From: Myxococcales bacterium | Lineage (GTDB): Bacteria > Myxococcota_A > UBA9042 > UBA3505 | NCBI GenBank assembly: GCA_002728755.1 | Contig: PBVT01000008.1 | Span: forward strand, 5,189 to 69,188 | Length of the DNA: 64,000 nt | Direction: 5' to 3' | Part shown: positions 1-9,857 of the stretch, piece after piece | How positions within the stretch are numbered: position 1 is the stretch's first letter | Layout of the letters: each line of letters starts with the position of its first letter | Notes under the pieces: generated by a model | What the model was told of the DNA's origin: nothing | The model's input: the letters and a program-made list of their open reading frames with translations, nothing else | Databases searched by the model: none | Translations under genes and position numbers: made by a program

Positions 1-996
1 CCGGTCCACACCACCTATACGGAATGGGGCGGCAGTTCGGTAGCCGAGTTTATGTCGTGTCAGGCCTGCCATATGCCGTCCGCCGATGCGGAGGTTACCA
101 ACACAGCTGACCTTCAATTTTTCGGCGAAGCCAATACAGGGGTAACCGGTGGATGGCCACGACCGCCCGGTAATGTACGTCTCCATACCTGGTCTGGCCC
201 TCGCAGTCTGGAGGCTTATAAGCTCGCGTCCCCTCTCAACATCGCCATCGAGAAATCTTCGGACGACGATCAGATCAGCGCAGCCGTTACCGTCTCGAAC
301 TCGGGTGCTGGCCATGCAATGCCCACCGGAGAACCCCTGCGATCTCTTATTCTATGGGTAGAAGCATTCTGTGGAACCGACAAGCTCCAGGCGGTAGCGG
401 GCGATGCGATTCCTGATTTCGGCGGTTCTGTCGCATCAAAGTCCAGCGATGAAGATTGGTCTCTATGGCCTAAAGCCACATCGGGAATGATCGTTACAGT
501 CGTTTCCGCCACGGGCGAATTCCACGACTACGAAGGCTACGGTCCCTTCGGAGATGGAACCTTCAGCGCGGCAGAGAAGGGAATGCCCATCGAGCATGTT
601 GTGGGCTCTGTCACCGTCGTATCCGTGAGCAGCGAAGGTCTGGTCACCTTCGACCAGGCCCTTCCCGAGGGCGACAAAGCCTATCTTTTGCGTAGCCTTC
701 CGACGGACGAAGGCGCTGTGCCCATGACCCTCGCCGGCCATTCCGGCTTTGCTTTTGCCCGCGTGCTTACTGCTCCATCGGGTCTTCGAATGGTGCCTCA
801 TTTTGTCGCCAATGACGTGGCGAGTGACAACCGTATAGGGCCACAGAAGAACTGGACCTCGAACCATGTCTTCCAGGCCACCTGCGACGAGCCGACAATA
901 TCAGCGACTCTCATCAACCGAGCCTATCCGTATTGGTTGGCCCAGGAGCGCGGCTGGGATATGCGAGACGCGATCATAGCCAATACGACGGAATAA
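1..996 (+). CDS. c-type cytochrome-like protein (CxxCH motif CQACH), 5'-truncated by window edge
   Basis: The reading frame is open from base 1 with no upstream stop, so the gene continues left of the window. A CQACH heme-binding motif sits at the N-terminal end of the visible part; no other family-specific motif was recognised. Confidence 0.45.
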   Translation, partial: PVHTTYTEWGGSSVAEFMSCQACHMPSADAEVTNTADLQFFGEANTGVTGGWPRPPGNVRLHTWSGPRSLEAYKLASPLNIAIEKSSDDDQISAAVTVSNSGAGHAMPTGEPLRSLILWVEAFCGTDKLQAVAGDAIPDFGGSVASKSSDEDWSLWPKATSGMIVTVVSATGEFHDYEGYGPFGDGTFSAAEKGMPIEHVVGSVTVVSVSSEGLVTFDQALPEGDKAYLLRSLPTDEGAVPMTLAGHSGFAFARVLTAPSGLRMVPHFVANDVASDNRIGPQKNWTSNHVFQATCDEPTISATLINRAYPYWLAQERGWDMRDAIIANTTE

Positions 997-1060
997 CCGC
1001 CGTATTGGCTATGCGCGAATCCGTCTTCCAGAGGAAGCTCTACCGTAACGAGGTAGCGAA

Positions 1061-1843
1061 CTACTCTGTCTCGCAGAACACGACCATGTAGGAGATGCGG
1101 CCCGCTGCGATGGTACCACTGACCGAGCCGGTGTCGCCCGGGATACCATTAAAGATGGTCGAGCAGTCGAGACCGTCCGCCTCCACGCTCACCGATATAA
1201 CGCCCGTGTCCACGTTGAAGAACCCTGCCATTCCGGCGTCGGTGGTGGTGGTCGCCTCGTCAGCAAAGATTCCATCGCCATCCGCTATCTCTTGCAAGGT
1301 GTTGTAGTACTTCGGTCCCTGTGATGCAGTACCCTCAACCAAGGTTACCGTAGCCCCACTCAAGTTAGAACGAACGCCTTCATCATCGGCGGGTCCCCAT
1401 GCGACAATGCCCGCGTGGCCCTTCTCGGGATCGGGTTCGGCCCCCAGAGAGGCTGTCACCGCAGCAACGATATCGGACTTCGCCATGACGTAGGTTCCGG
1501 TCCCATTCCAGGTCGCGTCCGTTATGGTGAACTCCACCATGAAGGGGAAGTAGCCTTCTTTGTCAGCCGTCATTTGCACTACGGTGCCATGCTCCGGGTT
1601 AGCCCCAAAGGTGGCGCTCCCGTCCACGTCTGTTTCCACACAATCGACACCTTCCAGGTTCACGCAAACCGTGACGCCTTCCACGGGCTGCGACGAGATC
1701 CAGTCGTTGATGATAACCGAGCTGGTTGGGGGTTCTTCGACAACATCGGCTGTCGTCGTATCTGTGGTTTCTTCGTCCTCGCTACACGCCACGCCGAATG
1801 CGCTCAGTGCGAGCAGGGAAAATAGAACGATAAATTTCTTCAT
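1061..1843 (-). CDS. hypothetical secreted lipoprotein
   Basis: Start MKKFIVLFSLLALSAFGVAC gives a signal peptide with a lipobox Cys. A GAGG ribosome-binding site lies 7 nt upstream of this ATG. The ORF track begins 9 codons earlier at 1870. The mature part is acidic and Thr/Gly-rich. Confidence 0.5.
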   Translation of the reverse strand: MKKFIVLFSLLALSAFGVACSEDEETTDTTTADVVEEPPTSSVIINDWISSQPVEGVTVCVNLEGVDCVETDVDGSATFGANPEHGTVVQMTADKEGYFPFMVEFTITDATWNGTGTYVMAKSDIVAAVTASLGAEPDPEKGHAGIVAWGPADDEGVRSNLSGATVTLVEGTASQGPKYYNTLQEIADGDGIFADEATTTTDAGMAGFFNVDTGVISVSVEADGLDCSTIFNGIPGDTGSVSGTIAAGRISYMVVFCETE

Positions 1844-1957
1844 TTGAGCCTCATATGACCATTGATTCATGGGATTTGTTGCCGTGCTTCATGCCATGGG
1901 ACGGCAGGTCGTGCAACTCTCGCCGCTCAGAGATCCGTAACTTCCGTGTACAGAGCC

Positions 1958-3376
1958 CTACAACAAGAGATCGCCGTCCAGATCTCCCGACGGGATGTCA
2001 TCACTCCCAAAGTGTGTCGCTTCGATCCCCAACGCGTGCAGTAGAGTGACCAGTAGATGATTGTGCGGCTTCCCATCGTGGTCGGCCCCTTTGTTCTGCG
2101 CTGGCCAATTTCCAAAATTGAAATACCGGCCCATCTTCAGGTTGGTCGCACCTCCACCGAGCAAGACAAAGGGCGTGTTACGACTGCTATGGGCATCACC
2201 ATCGGACATGCTCGTCCCCCAGACGATCAAGGTATTGTCTAAGGCGGTTGTCCCGTCGGACTCTGGGATATCTGCCAGAAGGTCCATGAAACTCTTGAGC
2301 TCCTTCGCGAAATAGGCGTTGAACTCAATCATCAACTGGGCCGCCACAGGATCGGAATTGGCGCTATGGGACCAGGTATGAATATTGCCCGTGATCCCGC
2401 TGGGTACGATCCCGTTGGCAAAGCCTGTATGGCCATCGTAACCGTACTGCACCCCAAAGACGCGCCCCGCATCGCAGCGAATGGCGGCGGCAATCATCGT
2501 AAACCATTGGCTCACCAGGTCCTTATTGCTGGGTTTTCCAAGCTGCATTTTCGGAATATACCCCGTGGACACAGGCGCCTCTGGGGCCAGACAGGTGCTG
2601 ACCGCCGTATTGGACAATTCTGAATGCAAAGCATCGACGGCTGCAATATGTCGGTCGAAGCGCACATGGTCACGGGCCGGTAACTGCTGTCGTAAAGCCT
2701 GCAGCCGGTCACGGATCTGCGAATACATCTTGGCTCGAGCGGCGCTCGCGCGGTCCGCGTTGCCGGCGTTCTGCAAGCCCGCTCCCCAATACGTATTGAA
2801 GTAATTCTGTAGGGAGCTCTCTCCAGCAATGGGGCTACCAGCCGCCTCATAATAGGCTACAGCGCGCGCTTCAAGGCAACCGGGGAGCCCGATAGAAACC
2901 GTATGTAATTTAGACGGACTCAACCCCCAGCCCATCTGAACCTCGCGATCAATCGAGTGGCCCGAGGCGAATCCGATATCGCCGCCACTACACGAGTCGA
3001 CGGGATAGAGGTTGGCACCAGTCCATACACAGGATCGGGCATTATGGCCCTTGGCCTGGACCTCACTATTACCCCAGTAGGCGGGGCCGATGTCTAAGCC
3101 CTCCACCAGGAGCATCTTCTCGGCGTAGTCGGAAAGCGGTGCCAGGATGGGCCCCAGATCACCAGGAGTCACAATCGCTCCATGGTCCAACATGGGTCGC
3201 CAGCCGCCCACGATGCGCGAACCAAGAGGAGAAACAAAGAAGACTACGCGTTTCGGGACTGGGGCTCCGTCCAGGGCAAGAGCTGGCATATAATAGAGCA
3301 TCGACGCGGTGGCCGTGCCCAGACCGGCTGCCCGTAAGAAGTCACGACGGGACCATGTTTTCTTAATGAAGTTCAT
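1958..3376 (-). CDS. DUF1552 (HXXSHH) family protein with twin-arginine signal
   Basis: The N-terminus SRRDFLRAAGLGTA is a Tat motif. The overall pattern matches the DUF1552 family, which is typically paired with DUF1592-type proteins. The stop overlaps the upstream gene by 4 nt (3373-3376). Confidence 0.7.
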   Translation of the reverse strand: MNFIKKTWSRRDFLRAAGLGTATASMLYYMPALALDGAPVPKRVVFFVSPLGSRIVGGWRPMLDHGAIVTPGDLGPILAPLSDYAEKMLLVEGLDIGPAYWGNSEVQAKGHNARSCVWTGANLYPVDSCSGGDIGFASGHSIDREVQMGWGLSPSKLHTVSIGLPGCLEARAVAYYEAAGSPIAGESSLQNYFNTYWGAGLQNAGNADRASAARAKMYSQIRDRLQALRQQLPARDHVRFDRHIAAVDALHSELSNTAVSTCLAPEAPVSTGYIPKMQLGKPSNKDLVSQWFTMIAAAIRCDAGRVFGVQYGYDGHTGFANGIVPSGITGNIHTWSHSANSDPVAAQLMIEFNAYFAKELKSFMDLLADIPESDGTTALDNTLIVWGTSMSDGDAHSSRNTPFVLLGGGATNLKMGRYFNFGNWPAQNKGADHDGKPHNHLLVTLLHALGIEATHFGSDDIPSGDLDGDLLL

Positions 3377-5568
3377 GGTTCTTCTCCCGCTGCTTCGAAG
3401 TCCCGGTAAAGGAAGGGGCGGCTCAAAACAATCGCCTTCAACAGGTCCCGAACATTGAAATCCGAGTCGGCAAAGGCACCGTAGATTTCGGCTAGATTTC
3501 CTGCGTCACTCCCATCGAAACGAGGTCCGCGACGAAGACCGTATCGAAACCATTGAATCGTAGCGCAGGTGCGCAGCTGATCGTTGATGGCGAGACTCTT
3601 GACCAACGTAACGGCGTCTTCGAACGATTCCTGCTCTTCACTGCACACCCCGTCCACCCCAAAGGCTCCATGGGTCTCAATGGGGTATCCCAGATCATCC
3701 AGCTTATCGGCTCGATAACGCCCGACGCCGTCGTAGATTTCAAACGCAAGGCCCAGAGGGTTGATAACCTTATGGCAACCGGCGCAACTCGGCGAAGTCA
3801 GCATATAGGAGATGCTATCTTTCACGGACTCTCCCTCTACGGCCGCCGGCGGCTCAAAGGCCTGCGGTGGCTCCAAGCTGCCACAGAGAAGGTTCTTGAA
3901 GAGAGCGGCTCCTCGTAGGATGGGCCTTGTTCCCATATCATCGGAATTATGTGCGTTGGCCAGACGTGCCGGGTTGGTCAAGAGCCCCGCGCGCTCCTCG
4001 GGAGGCAGGGCAACAACCACTCCGAAATTGGAACCAAACTTCTCGGGGATCGCGATGACATCGTCTTCGCTAACTTCCAGGAATGCGCTCTCGGAGGAGT
4101 CCAATCGAACCACTGTTTCCGGTGCTGAAAACAAGGTCTCCAGCCTGCCGTCCCCTTCAAGAACGGTGTAGGCCGCCCAGAGCTGCGCGCCTCTCCGCAA
4201 CCCCCTGAACTCATCCCAGCCAAAATCCAGAAACTTCTCGGGGTCCTTTTCCACGTACTCTGCGTCATACATTCGAAGCCAACGCAATATGAACTGCTGA
4301 ATGCCCAGGCGAGCGTTCCCCGCGTCTCCAAGTAGGGTGTCCACCCACTCCTCAATCCCGGTATCATCATCCAGCTCTCCGGCGAGCGCAGCATCCAGGA
4401 GGACCTGTGATGGAGGCTGGGCGTGTAGAAAAAAGGACAGCCGGGTCGCGATCTCCAAACCGCTTAAGCGTTGCTCTCCTTGCTCCGTTTCAGCGCTCAA
4501 CTCCACCTGATACAGAAAATCTGGCGATTGCAGCAGCGCTTCAAGCACATATTGCATCCCCTCTTCGAAGGTGCCATCGCCCTCTGTCCCGATATCGTAG
4601 ATTTCCAGGTAGCCATTCACTTCTGCGGGGCTCAAAGGGCGGCGGAAGAGTCGCATACCACGGGACGCGATGAAGCTCTGCGCACAATCGCGGTTCCAGT
4701 TATCCGAGCAATCAAATAGGGTTTCTAGCTTGTCCTGGCTCTGCCCCATGATCGCATCCGCGACATAGGCTGCGGCCTGGGCATACCGACCATACTCCAC
4801 TGTGGGAAGATCGTAGTTTTCATTGGAAGGGATCGCGCCGGTCGTACTATCGGGGGGCAACCAATCCCCGATCTTGTCGATGTAGATCCCCAGAACATGC
4901 TTCAAGGCTCCGCGATATTGCCAGTGGGTGAGACGCTGTGTGTATATGGCGGGCGCCGCGAGACCAGTCGACGGATCCAGCTGATCGCTAACCGGTGGTG
5001 AACTACAAATATCCTCGGGTTCTGCCAACAGCTCAAAGCTTGGATCACAGGAGGGTCGACAGTAGGTCGAATCTTCAAAGTAGGCGATCAGAGATGCGAG
5101 GTTACCGTATTCCGCGCTTCCGACCGGCAAGACGGCTCCCCCCCCATGCATAAGATCGCCTCTCGCTTTTTTCAGAAGCACAGATTCGTTGCCGTCGACT
5201 TTCTTCGCCAGCTCCTGCACTCGTTCCAGGTTCGGAGTCAGGTTTCCCTCTTCGACGGGGAGCAGCTTGAATTCACTGCCGATGGAGCCTGGGCCTTCGG
5301 GCTGGTGGCACCCAAAGCAGGTCGAGCCCATGAACGGCTCCCACACACCGCAAGCAAAGTAGGTCTCCATTGGTAGACATTCCTGGGGAGCATCGATTCC
5401 ACCGCTAACATCGGCTCCACTGGGAACATCAAGCCCGGAAACGTCTACCACTCCCTGGTCTGTGTCTGCGCTATCCAGACCGTCGGGTCCCAGCCCCGAC
5501 GTGTTGGAGCAGGCCCATGACCAGAAGACGAGCCCTAGCCAGAAGAAATGGAACGACAGCTTCCTCAT
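3373..5568 (-). CDS. DUF1592/DUF1588/DUF1585-type protein (PSD/PSCyt3 architecture) with CxxCH motifs
   Basis: A 731-aa protein with a signal peptide and two CxxCH motifs (CFGCH, CAGCH). It is the typical partner of DUF1552 and is co-directional and overlapping with it. Confidence 0.65.
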   Translation of the reverse strand: MRKLSFHFFWLGLVFWSWACSNTSGLGPDGLDSADTDQGVVDVSGLDVPSGADVSGGIDAPQECLPMETYFACGVWEPFMGSTCFGCHQPEGPGSIGSEFKLLPVEEGNLTPNLERVQELAKKVDGNESVLLKKARGDLMHGGGAVLPVGSAEYGNLASLIAYFEDSTYCRPSCDPSFELLAEPEDICSSPPVSDQLDPSTGLAAPAIYTQRLTHWQYRGALKHVLGIYIDKIGDWLPPDSTTGAIPSNENYDLPTVEYGRYAQAAAYVADAIMGQSQDKLETLFDCSDNWNRDCAQSFIASRGMRLFRRPLSPAEVNGYLEIYDIGTEGDGTFEEGMQYVLEALLQSPDFLYQVELSAETEQGEQRLSGLEIATRLSFFLHAQPPSQVLLDAALAGELDDDTGIEEWVDTLLGDAGNARLGIQQFILRWLRMYDAEYVEKDPEKFLDFGWDEFRGLRRGAQLWAAYTVLEGDGRLETLFSAPETVVRLDSSESAFLEVSEDDVIAIPEKFGSNFGVVVALPPEERAGLLTNPARLANAHNSDDMGTRPILRGAALFKNLLCGSLEPPQAFEPPAAVEGESVKDSISYMLTSPSCAGCHKVINPLGLAFEIYDGVGRYRADKLDDLGYPIETHGAFGVDGVCSEEQESFEDAVTLVKSLAINDQLRTCATIQWFRYGLRRGPRFDGSDAGNLAEIYGAFADSDFNVRDLLKAIVLSRPFLYRDFEAAGEEP

Positions 5569-5703
5569 ATGGGAATCCTACCATAAGTAGACATGTCACC
5601 CCACACGGTCGAAGCCGAGGCGATGGCACTCAGCCCCACCAAACCGGGAACGGCGTAGATCACGATAACCCACCGATGGGAACCCTCGGCGGAGTATTGG
5701 ATC

Positions 5704-7998
5704 TTGTTGGAAACCTTCCTGACCGGCCTGGTTATGGGCGTCGTCATTCCGCGGCTCGGCGTAGCCTTTCTTCCGGCCATTGGCCTCTATCTCGCCTTTC
5801 GTCTATCCCAACGTCCCACTTTGGACCGGCGTACTATTGGGCTCGGCCTCTGCCTGGGTTTGCTTGGCTTCAGTGTGGGACTCCTCCGCTCCCCCCATAT
5901 AGACAGCTATGAAAACCGCGACGGCACGCGCGATCAGCTACGCGGACATTCTCCGGCCCATACCACCACCCAAACGCCCAAACATCTGATCCCCGTACAG
6001 ATTACCAATACCCCGGAACCAACCTTTCGCGGCTTCTGGCAAGATGGCGTCTCGAACCAGGGTTCGGTTCGAATCTACTCTCTACGTACCGAACGTCCCT
6101 TTCCAGTGGGGACTGTCCTTATCGCCCACTGCAACTCGCACCGGAAAGGTAACCAGCGATTCGCCTGTGAAGCCGTCTCCGACGGTACTTTGCGTCGCTC
6201 TGCCCCGAATCTTCGAGATCAGATCGCGTTTCGCCGACTCGAAGTGATCGATACGTTCCTCGGGTCCCAGCCAACCAGCTCGCGGCGACTGGCCGCTGCC
6301 CTCGCTAGCGGAAGTCGGTCCGTCGTCCCGCGAGTAGACGTAGACCGATTGGCGCGTATGGGCCTTCTACATCTCTGGGCTGTCTCGGGTTTGCATGTGG
6401 CCATCTTTGCAGGAGCCTTCGTATGGTTGTTGCGCAGGCTATGGTTTCAACTCTGGCCCGGACGAACACGGCCTGCTCCACTGATGGCGGCCACTCTTTT
6501 GGCCGTTCCCCTGGTCGGTCTCTACGGATTATTCTGTGGGTTGGGCCCATCGGTAATTCGGGCCCAGGTTGCCTTTTCTCTCTTCGCGGTCCTGCTGTGG
6601 TCTCGGCGAACGATTTGTCCTCGCACGATCCTGCTGGGAACCATCACCTTGGAGTTGGCACTCCCCATATCCGCGCTTACGCGGCCTGGCGCGATCTTAA
6701 GTCATTGCGCCATTCTTGGGATCGTTGTGAGCTTCACAAAGACACAACACGCGTCGACGAATCGGCTCTTACGTTATTTCGGCCCCTTACTTCGAGTAAG
6801 TGCTGCCGCGACACTGGCCACCGCTCCTGCCCAGATCTTCTATTTCTCGTGCTTAGCGCCGGCCGGGCTCCTCATCGGTCTATTTCTCATCCCCTGGGTC
6901 TCTCTGGTAGCCCTCCCCCTGGCGACCCTCACCTCTCTCGCCATCATAGTGGGCCTCCCTCATTCGTTGCGTGATTTCCTGGCGACGAGCTGCTCTCATT
7001 CCATCGCCGCCGCAGAGTATCTTATTCATGCGGTAGATCAGCCCGGACTTCGCATAACGGTATCCTCCGATCTGGCCCCCGTGGCCGCGTTCCTGGCTGT
7101 CCTTGCTCTAGGTTGCAGCTCTCTGAAAAGGCTTCCTCTCTGGCGCCGCATGGTCTGGCCATCTCTTGGATTGTGTCTCGCAATCCTCGTATCTGTACAG
7201 ACACCAAAGACGCCTCATACGGCCCTCACCGCATTTAATGTGGGGCATGGAGACGCATTCTTAATACAGACATCGGATGGCTTCTCCATTCTGGTTGATG
7301 CCGGCCCTGGGTACCCCAATGGACAGAGGACACCTCTATCGCCCGAACGATTACGACGGGCTGGGATCAACAAGATCGACTTTCTTATTCTTACCCATCG
7401 TCACCCCGATCATTACGGTGGAGCCTTTCGGGTGCTGAGAGATATCCCCGTATCACACTGCCTCATCGCCGACGTCCCACCATTATATAGTACGTCGGAC
7501 TGGGACCACCTTCTCGATCTCATGACCAGAGTCAACTGCACCGTCCTTCGCCTCAAGGCCGGCGAGACTATCTCGATTGGGAAAAGCCGGCTGGACATAC
7601 TCTGGCCCGCACAAAACTCCCAAACCGCCGTTTCCCTGGCGACTGAAAATGACCGCTCCCTGATGGCCCATCTGCAAACCCCCGATGGTTCTATCTGGAT
7701 CTCGGGGGACCCACCCCAGGCGGTCGAGACCCAGGCGATGGCACTCAGCCCCACCAAAATACCCGGTGGCGTTCTCCTGGTTCCCCACCACGGCAGCCGA
7801 ACGTCTTCGAGCCCCGCGCTCCTCGACTCTATACAACCCAGCGCAGGCCTCGTTTCACATCGCCGATCTATCGCGGCCGACGTGCTCCAACGCTACAAAA
7901 ACCGCCACATACCCCTATGCGGTACTCGCCCCGGTGGAACCGTCCGGATCCAGCTAAAATCCGGCAAAATTCTGCTTCCTTGGGGCTGTAAACCATAA
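5704..7998 (+). CDS. comEC: ComEC/Rec2 family DNA internalization channel protein
   Basis: A polytopic membrane competence domain is followed by a C-terminal metallo-beta-lactamase fold carrying the HRHPDHYGG motif. Confidence 0.8.
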   Translation: MLETFLTGLVMGVVIPRLGVAFLPAIGLYLAFRLSQRPTLDRRTIGLGLCLGLLGFSVGLLRSPHIDSYENRDGTRDQLRGHSPAHTTTQTPKHLIPVQITNTPEPTFRGFWQDGVSNQGSVRIYSLRTERPFPVGTVLIAHCNSHRKGNQRFACEAVSDGTLRRSAPNLRDQIAFRRLEVIDTFLGSQPTSSRRLAAALASGSRSVVPRVDVDRLARMGLLHLWAVSGLHVAIFAGAFVWLLRRLWFQLWPGRTRPAPLMAATLLAVPLVGLYGLFCGLGPSVIRAQVAFSLFAVLLWSRRTICPRTILLGTITLELALPISALTRPGAILSHCAILGIVVSFTKTQHASTNRLLRYFGPLLRVSAAATLATAPAQIFYFSCLAPAGLLIGLFLIPWVSLVALPLATLTSLAIIVGLPHSLRDFLATSCSHSIAAAEYLIHAVDQPGLRITVSSDLAPVAAFLAVLALGCSSLKRLPLWRRMVWPSLGLCLAILVSVQTPKTPHTALTAFNVGHGDAFLIQTSDGFSILVDAGPGYPNGQRTPLSPERLRRAGINKIDFLILTHRHPDHYGGAFRVLRDIPVSHCLIADVPPLYSTSDWDHLLDLMTRVNCTVLRLKAGETISIGKSRLDILWPAQNSQTAVSLATENDRSLMAHLQTPDGSIWISGDPPQAVETQAMALSPTKIPGGVLLVPHHGSRTSSSPALLDSIQPSAGLVSHRRSIAADVLQRYKNRHIPLCGTRPGGTVRIQLKSGKILLPWGCKP

Positions 7999-8113
7999 AT
8001 CATGGGAACTAATACCACTGATTCCCACAAGCGCTCTGCCTAGAAAAAACCAGCGCATAGAAGGCTAACAGGGGACGTTAAACGGAGTTTTACGACTAGG
8101 CAAATTTTTTTCA

Positions 8114-8143
8114 TTGACACCTGAACCGGGATACTAGACTATG
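8114..8143 (+). promoter_or_regulatory. candidate sigma70 promoter of the dcw operon (TTGACA ... TAGACT/GACTAT) with upstream A/T tract
   Basis: TTGACA at 8114-8119 is followed 15-17 nt later by TAGACT/GACTAT. An A/T-rich possible UP element lies just upstream. The site is about 35 nt upstream of the mraZ start. Confidence 0.3.
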
Positions 8144-8175
8144 AAAGTGGTTCTGAGTGTTATTCAGTTCCATTA

Positions 8176-8637
8176 TTGGGAGACAACGTGTTTGATGGGC
8201 GCAAAGATCACACCCTAGATGCTAAGGGTCGCGTTAGCGTGCCGGAGAGGTATCGCAACATCCTGCAGAGTCAGGATGCCCGGGAGATCTTTCTTACACA
8301 GAGCGCTGTTCGTGACCGACTTTGTATTACGGTCTGGTCCCCGGATGAGTGGAAGTCGTTTCTCGAGCGCATCAACGCCATCGCACCATCCCATCCCACC
8401 CGCCAATACCTCGACGACATCGTTCTATCGACCAAAGAGGTCTGTAGTTTCGACACAAACGGGCGGATTCTGATTCCGCAGCATCTGCGTCAGTTCGCAG
8501 ATCTTGATGGTCAGGCCCGTTTTGTTGGTCGAGGAAAGAATTTTGAGATCTGGAACCCGGCGAAACACGAGGCACTCCTTCAGTCGCATCGTGACAACAC
8601 CGCCATTGACGAATCATTGCACCTGTTCGGAGTGTGA
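8176..8637 (+). CDS. mraZ: transcriptional regulator MraZ
   Basis: Duplicated MraZ halves are present (DAKGRVSVP and a second GRILIP motif). It is the first gene of the dcw cluster. The start is TTG at 8176 or GTG at 8188. Confidence 0.85.
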   Translation: MGDNVFDGRKDHTLDAKGRVSVPERYRNILQSQDAREIFLTQSAVRDRLCITVWSPDEWKSFLERINAIAPSHPTRQYLDDIVLSTKEVCSFDTNGRILIPQHLRQFADLDGQARFVGRGKNFEIWNPAKHEALLQSHRDNTAIDESLHLFGV

Positions 8638-9530
8638 AAACGTATCACCACCCCGTATTGCCCAAGGAGGTAATCACCTTGCTCACAACAGCCACAGGAG
8701 CTGGCTGGATCGTTGATGGCACCGTTGGGGGTGGAGGCCATACCGAAGCGCTGCTGCAGAACACTGAAGATTCCGTACGGGTCTTGGGGATTGACCGAGA
8801 CCCATCGGCAATTCAAGCAGCAACCGAACGTTTGCAGTCCTTTGGAGAACGCGTTCAGCTTAAAGAGGGACGCTTTGGAGATCTCGACCAGATCGCAGAC
8901 GAGATTGGTGCGACGCCAATACTCGGGATTCTTCTCGATCTGGGGGTCTCCTCCGCACAACTCGATCGTCCCGAGCGAGGTTTCAGTTTTCGTCAGGAAG
9001 GTCCTCTCGACATGGACATGGAAGGCCGAGGCCAGGAACGCGCCCTCGAAGTTCTCCGAGGTCTCTCAATCCATGAATTTACAGAAGCTCTTCGCTCCTA
9101 TGGAGATGTCCCCCGCCCCGGTACTGTCGCACGCGTAGTCATTGAGAAGATCCGTGACAACCAGATCTATACGACAACCGATCTGGCAGAACTTGTCGAA
9201 GCCGAATTCGGTTGGCTCCGGAAAGGCAATCGCCACCCAGCGACCCGTGTCTTCCAGGCCTTACGCATGGTGGTGAACGACGAGGTCGGAGAGCTCGAGC
9301 GCGCCCTTCAGGGCATTACAGCGACATTGAGCCCTGGCGGCATCGCAGTGGTGATCTCCTACCACTCGGTGGAAGACCGAATCGTTAAGCATTGCTTCCG
9401 AGAACTCGGTCGAAGCGATGGCTTCAAAATACTCACCCGTAAACCCATTATCCCTTCCCAGGAAGAAACGCGCGAAAACCCACGCGCCCGAAGCGCAAAA
9501 CTTCGGGCCATTCAGCGCGTTCAGGACTAA
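8634..9530 (+). CDS. rsmH: 16S rRNA (cytosine1402-N4)-methyltransferase RsmH
   Basis: The N-terminus HHPVLPKEV plus a GGGGHTEALL SAM-binding motif identify RsmH. A 4-nt overlap with mraZ suggests translational coupling. Confidence 0.9.
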   Translation: MKTYHHPVLPKEVITLLTTATGAGWIVDGTVGGGGHTEALLQNTEDSVRVLGIDRDPSAIQAATERLQSFGERVQLKEGRFGDLDQIADEIGATPILGILLDLGVSSAQLDRPERGFSFRQEGPLDMDMEGRGQERALEVLRGLSIHEFTEALRSYGDVPRPGTVARVVIEKIRDNQIYTTTDLAELVEAEFGWLRKGNRHPATRVFQALRMVVNDEVGELERALQGITATLSPGGIAVVISYHSVEDRIVKHCFRELGRSDGFKILTRKPIIPSQEETRENPRARSAKLRAIQRVQD

Positions 9531-9533
9531 CCC

Positions 9534-9857
9534 GTGCCCGCAACCCAAATTCGAAAGAAACTACGTTCCGACAACCCAAACGGCTTCTGGCTCGCGTTTG
9601 TGCTGACCTTATTCATATTGGTCGCACTGGGGGTCCATCGCGTGTCCATGGAGTACCGGGTCCTTCACCACGGATTTATCAAAGCCGAAGCGGCTGAATA
9701 CAACCGTGAACTACGAGAACAGGACCGAAGATTACGTGTGGAGATCGCCGCTACCAAGATGCTCCAGCGTATTCAGAAGCTGGGTAAAAACCACCACAGC
9801 ATGCGCTTCCCACGTCGAGGGGAGCGGATCAATGTGGAATTATTGGAGAGACAATGA
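9534..9857 (+). CDS. ftsL: cell division protein FtsL-like (single TM + coiled coil)
   Basis: A 107-aa protein with an N-terminal basic region, one TM helix and a coiled coil, in the position where ftsL normally sits between rsmH and ftsI. Confidence 0.6.
   Translation: MPATQIRKKLRSDNPNGFWLAFVLTLFILVALGVHRVSMEYRVLHHGFIKAEAAEYNRELREQDRRLRVEIAATKMLQRIQKLGKNHHSMRFPRRGERINVELLERQ

Noticed and set aside
463-867. Antisense ORFs inside annotated genes (e.g. 463..867, 3978..4394, 51734..52561, 55991..56557, 59214..59633)
   Set aside because: In high-GC DNA long antisense open frames are expected by chance. Each lies fully inside a gene with clear family motifs on the opposite strand.
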